From TPA_inf: Saccharomyces (lineage: Eukaryota), in NCBI GenBank assembly GCA_000146045.2, contig BK006947.3, positions 32,001 to 96,000 of the forward strand: DNA of 64,000 bases, read 5' to 3'. Position numbers and translations under genes: made by a program. The notes beneath the pieces were generated by a model. That model saw only the letters and a program-made list of their open reading frames with translations. It ran no database searches and was not told where the DNA came from. This document shows, piece after piece, positions 55,897 through 64,000 of this stretch; the first letter of the stretch is position 1, and each line of letters starts with the position of its first letter.

Positions 55897-56736
55897 ATGT
55901 GTGAATACAGCAAGGCTCTTCATATTCTGCTCAAGTCGCCAGTAACGGATGACATAATAAAATTCTTAACAGACACAACATTGAGGGTTGTTCCTTCAAG
56001 CAACTACCCCACGCCTCCCGGTTCTCCAGGAGAGAAACACCTCACAAGGCTGCCATCGCTAATGACTTTTATCACTAGATTGGTCAGATACACCAACGTC
56101 TACACACCCACTCTGCTCACCGCTGCGTGCTATTTGAACAAATTAAAGCGTATTCTGCCCAGGGACGCTACTGGTCTCCCCTCGACCATCCATCGCATTT
56201 TCTTGGCCTGTTTGATACTGAGTGCTAAGTTTCACAATGACTCTTCTCCTTTAAACAAGCACTGGGCTAGGTACACCGATGGTCTCTTTACACTAGAGGA
56301 TATCAACCTTATGGAAAGGCAGTTGTTACAGCTGTTGAACTGGGACCTCAGGGTGAACACAGAAGATTTGATCCTAGATCTGCAGCCTCTATTAGAGCCC
56401 ATCAAGCAAGACTTGGCAAGATCCAGCGACCAAAGGAAGAGAATTAACATGATGATGTCCATGAACAGAAGGACTTGTGCTGGCACGAGTCCTATCAGAT
56501 CAAACAACAGATTCAAACTCTACGAAAAACAGAGAAACGTGTCGATAGCATCCGATTTAAGTTCTGCTACTCTAGTCGACAGTTGTAATGATCTAAGAAG
56601 GCTAAAAGATGTAACCAACATAGCGAACAACACAGTCGCTAACACGAATTACGTCAGGACGGTAGAGAAATGGAACGACAATGTCAACAGGCAAAGTTGG
56701 GATCTGGAACAGATCATGAGTCAACATGGGTTTTAA
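55897..56736 (+). CDS. PCL1: Pho85-associated G1 cyclin, 279 aa
   Basis: ATG at 55897. Cyclin-box region (…IFLACLILSAKFHND…). Length 279 aa. Confidence 0.85.
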   Translation: MCEYSKALHILLKSPVTDDIIKFLTDTTLRVVPSSNYPTPPGSPGEKHLTRLPSLMTFITRLVRYTNVYTPTLLTAACYLNKLKRILPRDATGLPSTIHRIFLACLILSAKFHNDSSPLNKHWARYTDGLFTLEDINLMERQLLQLLNWDLRVNTEDLILDLQPLLEPIKQDLARSSDQRKRINMMMSMNRRTCAGTSPIRSNNRFKLYEKQRNVSIASDLSSATLVDSCNDLRRLKDVTNIANNTVANTNYVRTVEKWNDNVNRQSWDLEQIMSQHGF

Positions 56737-58302
56737 TGTGGTAAACAAGATGGCCCTTACGGGGCTCTTAGTGGGAGAAAGATTTTTAATAGAGCATAAT
56801 TAACGGATACATAATATATTATAAATTTAAATAATCAAGGATACCTAATAATAATAACAATCAACTGAACACAACATTAAAAATGGTATTTGTTATTGTA
56901 TGTTAAGCCCTAAGTGATTGTGCCGTTATAACTTCCATTCGGGTGATACCTGCAATATGAGGAAGAAAAAAGATAAATTTTTTCTTCTTAAAGTATAAAA
57001 GGCGGACATATTTGATTTAAATGCAGAAGTTTTCTCTCAGTGGTTTATGTTTTACATATGATAGAAAAAATGAAGCAATAGCAAAGTATCGTAGTGCGAA
57101 CCGGTCTCGTAACTTTGATAAGTTTATCAAAGGCGTTAACATTTTGTTTCGTAATAGTACCTTAACACATGACGAAGATGAAAATTAAACATGAATTCAA
57201 GGAAAAATGGTAAATGACGAGAAAAAAGCTGTGCACCAGTCTGAACATGGATGCCACAAGTACTCAGGTGTCCTATGAAGCATTAAGTATACCCAAATTT
57301 CTGATCCATTTTCCTTTATTTTCTTTTTTTTTTTTCTCTCACATCTGTGACTGTATTATGAGCAAACTGTTTACGTTGAACGGAATCGATATGTAAATTA
57401 AATCTTTTGAAATATGTAGGACAGTGCTTGTATAGGTCTGTTAAGTAGATTATAGAATGTACGCCTTTTTTCTGGGCGTGAAATAGATCAGAAATCCTGT
57501 TAGGTTGCCACTGGTCCATTTCAGTGTTGCTCATCCAATCAATCATGTATTTACATGCCTGGAGTGGCCTATTCTATGTATTAACAGCCTTTGCAAGACG
57601 CGACATTGTTCTTTCCGATATGGCTCGGAGTAGACTAAATATGCTACTTATAGTTTTTCTTGCGTATACCATTGTCTTATAGTTTTTGCACACATTAATG
57701 TTTAAAATTGAAACTACGAAGCAAAACAATAAAAAAAACAAACAAAACTTAAAAATAAACAAAAGACGCTCGAAACCAAGTGCATTTATTGAATGTTTTT
57801 GGGAATGCAAGTAGCAATACTATTGTAAAAGTACTACTATTTCCCTGTATCATACGCTTTTACTACTATTCCTCACATAAAGCGAGATGCTTACAGAATG
57901 CATAAGAGAGAGAAGAAAACCCTATTACGCCCACTTGTCTATATTAGATTACTGTCCCTATTTATATCATCATTGCAAAACGTGAGCACCTCATTAGACG
58001 TAGATTCTTGCATAAGTATTACTAGCAGGAGAGGAAAAACTCCACCCACACACCTCAACATGCTGAGAATTTTGCTGCGAGCAGCAAGAGGCAAAATCCA
58101 AATTTAAAGTAATTTACGCATAGAAGACATTGTAAAGGGATTGCAAAGACGTAGAGTACGCAAGTTAGAAACCGTTCATCTTTTAAAACTCCCAAGTTTT
58201 GACAAATTTGCGAGTGTGTGTGTTTCTGCTGATCTTGACGAGATTAAACTTTGTTCCTGAAGCAACAACGACAGCAACTGAACATCCTCTGAATAAGTTA
58301 AT

Positions 58303-59424
58303 ATGTTTTCCGCTCAAAAGCCAATATATGGCAATGGAGCAGGCGTGAACATGGGTGGTGGTGGTCCTTCAACTAATAATCCAGGATCTATGTCCATGCC
58401 TGGGGTTCCAACTTCAATGGGTCCAGGCATGAATCAACAAATTCCAAGTGGAGGCCCCATGCTAATGGGCAATACTCCGAATAATAATAATAGCAATGAA
58501 AATGGCGAGAACAACGGCAATAACGGCAATAACGGCGGTAACGATGCTAACGCAACTCGAAACAATCCCAACATGGTCAATAATAGAGGCGCAGTGCATG
58601 CTCTAGATGATCCCAATGTATACCACTGGATTTGTCAATTGACCTACGGCCCTCAAAAGGAACAAGCACTGCTTGAATTAGGTCGCAAAAGAGAACAGTT
58701 TGATGACCTTGCCGTTGTGCTTTGGTCTTCCTTTGGTGTAATGACCTCATTGCTGAACGAAATCATTTCCGTATATCCCATGCTGCAACCTCAGATGCTC
58801 TCTAACAATCTATCAAATCGTGTATGCAACGCTCTAGTTCTTCTACAGTGTGTTGCATCTCACCCAGAGACAAAACATCTCTTTTTACAGGCCCATATTC
58901 CTCTCTTTCTTTTCCCCTTCCTAAATACTACCTCCAGGCAAAGAACTTTTGAGTACTTGAGATTGACTTCATTAGGTGTGATAGGCGCATTGGTCAAAAA
59001 TGACTCACAAGACGTAATAACGTTTTTGCTAAGAACCGATATCGTGCCGTTATGCCTAAGGATCATGGAATCTTCTTCTGAGCTTTCCAAGACAGTCGCC
59101 ATTTTCATTTTACAGAAAATCCTACTAGATGACGTTGGATTGCAATACATCTGTGCCACCTTGGAAAGGTTCTACGCCGTAACTAATGTCTTAAAAGATA
59201 TGGTTGAGCACTTGACCGTGAGCACACCACCGGGACGACTACTGAAACATATCATTAGATGCTACTTAAGATTAAGCGACGATCTCGAAGCACGCAGGCT
59301 ATTGAAAATAGTCTTACCTGCCAAACTGAGAGATAACACTTTTACGGAAGTACTAAGAGACGACGTCGGGTCCAAGAGATGTCTGGCACAATTGCTACTG
59401 ACATTAAACGAAGAAACCTCATGA
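58303..59424 (+). CDS. CAF40: CCR4-NOT complex subunit of the Rcd1/CNOT9 family, 373 aa
   Basis: ATG at 58303. Low-complexity N/G/P-rich N-terminus followed by a conserved armadillo-like Rcd1 domain. Confidence 0.85.
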   Translation: MFSAQKPIYGNGAGVNMGGGGPSTNNPGSMSMPGVPTSMGPGMNQQIPSGGPMLMGNTPNNNNSNENGENNGNNGNNGGNDANATRNNPNMVNNRGAVHALDDPNVYHWICQLTYGPQKEQALLELGRKREQFDDLAVVLWSSFGVMTSLLNEIISVYPMLQPQMLSNNLSNRVCNALVLLQCVASHPETKHLFLQAHIPLFLFPFLNTTSRQRTFEYLRLTSLGVIGALVKNDSQDVITFLLRTDIVPLCLRIMESSSELSKTVAIFILQKILLDDVGLQYICATLERFYAVTNVLKDMVEHLTVSTPPGRLLKHIIRCYLRLSDDLEARRLLKIVLPAKLRDNTFTEVLRDDVGSKRCLAQLLLTLNEETS

Positions 59425-59993
59425 TGCATCCCCATAGATATATTACTGTTTTTCTCTTTCTATTTTCCTGTATTGTTTTAACCTTGCCTTTTTGTTTTAG
59501 TTTCACTTCCTCACCTCTCCTAATTTTGTATAGTTATATTTATATGCATGAAATGTATAAAGTCCACTCATATTTCAGAATGGTTTAAGTTAAGTGCCAG
59601 AAGGTTCTTCTGTACTATTACTATTACCCATTTTTCATCCTATCACCCGGAATGTACCCCTTGTGTCATTCACTACGACGCCACGAACCACGATTCTATT
59701 TTTTTCGAAATCTAAAGGTTTCGTCAAGATCAATGAAATATACATAGGCGTTTTTTTGGATACGAGTTGCATTGTTGAGAACACAATTCTTTACAAATAA
59801 GTGCAAGGGAGGAATTGTGTGTGCTCATTACCAACGTACTTCTTCAGTTATTCTGCTAAACCCGTTTTTTTGTTCTTAGCTTCATCCAGGTGAGCCCGCA
59901 AACATTACAGAACGACGTATAATACAAAATAACTAAACAAATACGGATAGGACAAAAGCCAAGAAGCGATACTAAATCACAGAGCGAATCAAC

Positions 59994-62801
59994 ATGTCTG
60001 CACATACTTACAAAAAGTTTGAAAACTCGACCTCGGGCGATTTACCTGATAAAATGACCATTTATCAGGATTGTATGAACACGTTTAACGAATCACCTGT
60101 CAATTCCAAGAGATGTCGTTTATTGATTTCTCGCTTGCTGAGACTCTTGGCCCAGGGCGAAACCTTCCCACAGAATGAAGCAACTGCATTATTTTTCTCT
60201 ATCTCCAAATTATTTCAACACCAGAACGATCCTTTAAGGCAGGCTGTTTATTTGGCAATCAAGGAATTGAGTGGCATTTCGGAGGATGTGTTGATGGCAA
60301 CCTCTTCAATCATGAAGGACGTTCAAAACGGTTCCGATTTGATTAAGCCTGACGCTATTAGATCGCTGACTTATGTCTTGGATGAATCTACTGCTTTTTC
60401 CGCTGAAAGGTTATTAAAAAGTGCCGTGGTAAGTAGACATCCTTCAATATCCTCAGCAGCATTATGTACTTCTTATCATTTGCTGCCCATTTCAGAAGTC
60501 ACTATCAGAAGATTCACCAATGAAACTCAAGAAGCTGTTTTGGATTTGAAACAATTTCCAAATCAACACGGTAATAGCGAATATTATCCAAACTCCACTT
60601 ATATTTCTCAATATCATGCTCTTGGGTTGCTTTATCAACTGAAGAAAACTGATAAAATGGCGTTACTAAAATTGGTTAGACATTTCTCTGAAAACAATTC
60701 TATGAAAAATCAATTGGCCAAGGTAGAATTGGTCAAGATTGTCAACGATTTGATTTATAGGGATCCTCAATTATTTAGTCAATTCAGGCCACTTTTGTCT
60801 GATTGGCTATCCAACAAGTTCGAATCTGTTCAGTTGGAAACGGCGAAATTGATTACTTCTTTCGCTACTCGCAATTCCCGCTTAGTGGCTCCCGAGTTAT
60901 ATGCGGCAGCTATCAGTGCTTTACAGTCCTTACTGACCGTTCCTCGTGTTTCTTCTAGATTCGCTGCATTGAGAATCTTAAATAGAATATCCATGGTTTC
61001 ACCAGAAAAGATTGTTGTTTGTAATCCTGAACTAGAATCTTTAATTAATGATTCTAATAGAAACATTTCTACTTATGCAATCACCACTTTATTGAAGACA
61101 GGAACTTCCAAAAATATTTCATCTCTGATTTCGACTATTACTAATTTTATCCATGATGTCAGTGATGACTTTAAGATCATTATTATTGACGCCGTTCGTA
61201 CGTTGTCTTTGAACTTCCCACAGGAATGGAAGTCAATTTTGAACTTCTTAATCGATGTTTTGAAAAATAGTGAAGGTGGATTCAAATTTAAAAACAGTAT
61301 TGTCGAAGCATTAATCGATATTGTTTCATTTGTTCCACAGTCTAAAGAACTCGCCTTAGAAAACTTGTGTGATTTCATCGAGGATTGTGAATTCAACGAA
61401 ATACTAGTGAGAATACTACATCTTTTGGGTAAAGAAGGTCCATCTGCCCCAAATCCATCATTATATGTTAGACATATTTATAACAGAGTGGTGTTGGAAA
61501 ATTCTATTATTAGATCTGCTGCCGTTGTAGCTTTATCTAAGTTTGCTTTGACGAAGAACGATCCTACCTTATATGAGTCAATCATAAGTTTGTTAAAGAG
61601 AATCGCTAATGATAAAGACGATGAAGTCAGAGACAGAGCCACCATTGCACTAGAATTCATTGATTCGGCTAGGAATAAAGATGATGTTATAGCACAAAAT
61701 CTAATCGAATCCAAATATTTTTACGATATTCCATCATTAGAGTCAAAATTAAGTTCTTACATTTCCTCAAATACTGATTCATTTGCAACTGCATTTGATG
61801 TGAATCAAGTTCGTAAGTTTACTGAGGATGAAATGAAGGCAATAAATCTGAAGAGAAAGCAAGAACAAATTTTCAATCAAAAGTCTGAAACCACTTTGGA
61901 TACTACACCAGAGGCAGAGAGTGTTCCAGAAAAAAGAGCTGACGCTAATTCATTTGCTGGTCCAAACTTGGACGACCACCAAGAAGATCTACTAGCTACT
62001 AAGTACGCTGACGAATTGCTATCCATTGAACAAATTAAACCATTTGGTCAATTAGTAAATAGTTCTAGGGCTATCTCATTAACTGAGCCAGAAGCAGAAT
62101 TCGTTGTACGTGGTGTCAAACATCTCTTCAAAGACAATGTTGTTTTACAATTTAATATTACGAATACTCTGACGGATATTGCCCTAGACAATGTTTCTGT
62201 AGTCTGTACCCCTGAAATTTCTGATGAAGCTGAATTAGAAGAGCTATTCACCCTACAAGTGGACAGATTATTACCATCCGAGGAAGCAGCTTGTTACGTT
62301 GCATTCAAAAAACTTGATGAAATTGTAATGGAAGGTTTCTTGAACAACTTAACATTCACTACAAAAGAAATAAACCCTGACACTAATGAGCCATTTGATG
62401 GTGATGAAGGTTTCCAAGATGAATATGAAATTGACTCGATTTTCTTGAATGCTGGTGATTATGTTAAGAGTTCTTTCACTGGTAACTTCTCCGCTACATT
62501 TGATGAGTTGCCATGCGAAGAAGTTGCTGTTTTCAACATTCAAGAAGATTTATCCATACAAGAAGTAGTAGATAAGATTATTTTGAACAGTAGCTGCTTA
62601 CCGGTGGAAAGTACCCAATTTGCTCCAAGTGATTCAAACTCCCACACCTTGAAATTATTTGGTAAGAGTGCTTTAACTGGATCTAAAGTAGCCCTACAGA
62701 TTAAGATGATCAAGAGTTCGAAAGGTCTTGCTTTGAAAGTTCATGGTAAAGGTGAAGACAGCTTATTATGCTCTGATCTGGTGAATGGTCTAATGCAGTA
62801 A
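59994..62801 (+). CDS. SEC21: Coatomer gamma subunit (gamma-COP), 935 aa
   Basis: ATG at 59994. Adaptin-like N-terminal trunk with HEAT repeats and a C-terminal appendage domain. Length 935 aa. Confidence 0.9.
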   Translation: MSAHTYKKFENSTSGDLPDKMTIYQDCMNTFNESPVNSKRCRLLISRLLRLLAQGETFPQNEATALFFSISKLFQHQNDPLRQAVYLAIKELSGISEDVLMATSSIMKDVQNGSDLIKPDAIRSLTYVLDESTAFSAERLLKSAVVSRHPSISSAALCTSYHLLPISEVTIRRFTNETQEAVLDLKQFPNQHGNSEYYPNSTYISQYHALGLLYQLKKTDKMALLKLVRHFSENNSMKNQLAKVELVKIVNDLIYRDPQLFSQFRPLLSDWLSNKFESVQLETAKLITSFATRNSRLVAPELYAAAISALQSLLTVPRVSSRFAALRILNRISMVSPEKIVVCNPELESLINDSNRNISTYAITTLLKTGTSKNISSLISTITNFIHDVSDDFKIIIIDAVRTLSLNFPQEWKSILNFLIDVLKNSEGGFKFKNSIVEALIDIVSFVPQSKELALENLCDFIEDCEFNEILVRILHLLGKEGPSAPNPSLYVRHIYNRVVLENSIIRSAAVVALSKFALTKNDPTLYESIISLLKRIANDKDDEVRDRATIALEFIDSARNKDDVIAQNLIESKYFYDIPSLESKLSSYISSNTDSFATAFDVNQVRKFTEDEMKAINLKRKQEQIFNQKSETTLDTTPEAESVPEKRADANSFAGPNLDDHQEDLLATKYADELLSIEQIKPFGQLVNSSRAISLTEPEAEFVVRGVKHLFKDNVVLQFNITNTLTDIALDNVSVVCTPEISDEAELEELFTLQVDRLLPSEEAACYVAFKKLDEIVMEGFLNNLTFTTKEINPDTNEPFDGDEGFQDEYEIDSIFLNAGDYVKSSFTGNFSATFDELPCEEVAVFNIQEDLSIQEVVDKIILNSSCLPVESTQFAPSDSNSHTLKLFGKSALTGSKVALQIKMIKSSKGLALKVHGKGEDSLLCSDLVNGLMQ

Positions 62802-63222
62802 GCTGTGAAATTTTATTTCAGTTAATCCCTTCTTTTGTTATCAATAGTATTAAAAGAAATGCGTCAGCTTTAGCAAGCGTGCATGCAAATAAGGGAATGA
62901 ACAGCAAGAACAATAATAAACCAAAAAAATCACGGATAGAATATGACGGATCATCACCACACGAAGAATAAATTATGTAATCTTTGTATAAACAAAATTT
63001 TTAAAGAAAAATACTATAATAGTTTGACAAGAGAAAACGAAATGGAAGAAACAGGACAACAGGGCAGAAAAAAGTTGACATTATGCAATTGATGAAAGAA
63101 GAAGAAGAAAAAAAACAAAAAAAAAGCACTAGTCTGACCAGGCATATTGTAAAAGGCTGCAGACCCTTGAACGCACTACACTTTTCACTGTATTCCGTTA
63201 CCAACATTACTGTTTGACAGCG

Positions 63223-64000
63223 ATGGATGCTGATGAATTGGAATTGAAAGGTCATTTGAAAAAATTGAAAAAAGAAGAATTGCTTAGAAGGAAACAGTTA
63301 AAAGAGAGTAATCTTCAGAAAAGAGAGCTTGAATATAATAATGCCTCAAAAAATACTTCAATATATATTTCTGGTCTTCCCACAGACAAAACAACGAAAG
63401 AAGGACTCACTGAGCAGTTTTGCAAGTATGGAATGATAAGAACCAATCGAGATGGGGAACCCCTTTGCAAGCTATATGTGAATGATAAAGGCGCTTTCAA
63501 AGGGGATGCCTTGATCACTTATTCCAAGGAAGAAAGTGTTACATTAGCAATCGAAATGATGAACGAGTCGATCTTCCTGGGAAAACAGATCAGGGTCGAA
63601 AGAGCCCAATTTCAAAACAAGGAAGGTGACAATATGCACGGGAAAGAAAATGATTTAAAGGAGTTCAACGGACCTGAGCCTCCAATAAAGAGGCTAAAAA
63701 AAGCGAAGTCTGAAGGGGAGGGGGAAGTAATAGATTACAATGACGATGAAAGCCTAGCAAAAGCTGATCGAACGGTGATATTTGCCAACGTATTCAATAT
63801 TTACAAATCATACACAAATGATGATATAAATGATATTCAGGAAGATCTTTTGGAAGGCTGTGAAGAGATAGGTCAAGTAGACAGTATATCTGTATCTCCC
63901 AATAAGGGGGAAGCGACGGTCGTCTTTAAGAACAATAAAGTTGCATTGCAATGTTGCAAAATCATGACCGGACGTTATTTTGATGGGCAAAAGTTGCTTG
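63223..64000 (+). CDS. CUS2: U2 snRNP-associated RRM protein (Tat-SF1 homologue), 3'-truncated by the window edge
   Basis: ATG at 63223 (MDADELELKGHLKKLKKEEL). RRM with RNP-like IYISGLP and KGDALITY. Frame is open to the window end. Absent from the ORF track because no stop falls inside the window. Confidence 0.8.
   Translation, partial: MDADELELKGHLKKLKKEELLRRKQLKESNLQKRELEYNNASKNTSIYISGLPTDKTTKEGLTEQFCKYGMIRTNRDGEPLCKLYVNDKGAFKGDALITYSKEESVTLAIEMMNESIFLGKQIRVERAQFQNKEGDNMHGKENDLKEFNGPEPPIKRLKKAKSEGEGEVIDYNDDESLAKADRTVIFANVFNIYKSYTNDDINDIQEDLLEGCEEIGQVDSISVSPNKGEATVVFKNNKVALQCCKIMTGRYFDGQKLL

Noticed and set aside
57214-58107. Four short ORFs (60-78 aa) in the PCL1-CAF40 intergenic region (57214-57396+, 57316-57546-, 57574-57810-, 57898-58107+)
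   Set aside because: Several begin at non-ATG codons in the track, overlap one another on opposite strands, are AT-rich with hydrophobic/low-complexity translations, and show no domain motifs. They are typical random ORFs in AT-rich DNA.

Overview
This window is a colinear stretch of the Saccharomyces cerevisiae chromosome XIV left arm, gene-dense and fully explained by known genes. I did not find a novel system, a mobile element, a CRISPR array or a tRNA gene. Every large ORF matches, by sequence, family motifs and exact length, a known gene in reference order. In order: LEM3 (5'-truncated at the window start), KRE1, VNX1, YNL320W, HXT14, PFS2, PHA2, ATP11, DAL82, EMW1, RFA2, SKP2, ZIM17, STB1, KRI1, MCK1, MRPS18, BXI1, YPT11, RPS19B, RPL18B, TOS6, TRF5, CLA4, MON2, YNL295W, RIM21, MSB3, PUS4, MID1, RFC3, PCL1, CAF40, SEC21 and CUS2 (3'-truncated at the window end). 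That is YNL323W through YNL286W. Three genes are spliced: RFA2, RPS19B and RPL18B. I reconstructed their exon boundaries by hand from GTATGT/GTACGT donors, TACTAAC branch points and YAG acceptors; the six-frame track misses their first exons. The ORF track translates some TTG/GTG codons as M, so several of its starts overshoot the true ATG (HXT14, CLA4, MRPS18, ATP11, YNL320W); I corrected these. The second-look items are regulatory and compositional. They are MCB/SCB cell-cycle elements upstream of RFA2, PCL1, TOS6 and RFC3, and PAC/RRPE motifs upstream of KRI1. STB1 and PHA2 have in-frame upstream ATGs. CLA4 carries a CAG/poly-Q tract, an SP repeat and an A10 run, and KRE1 and CAF40 have internal repeats. 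Two long AT-rich intergenic regions are candidate replication origins or ncRNA loci. All identifications rest on my recall of the yeast genome plus motifs read directly in the sequence; no database search was run.
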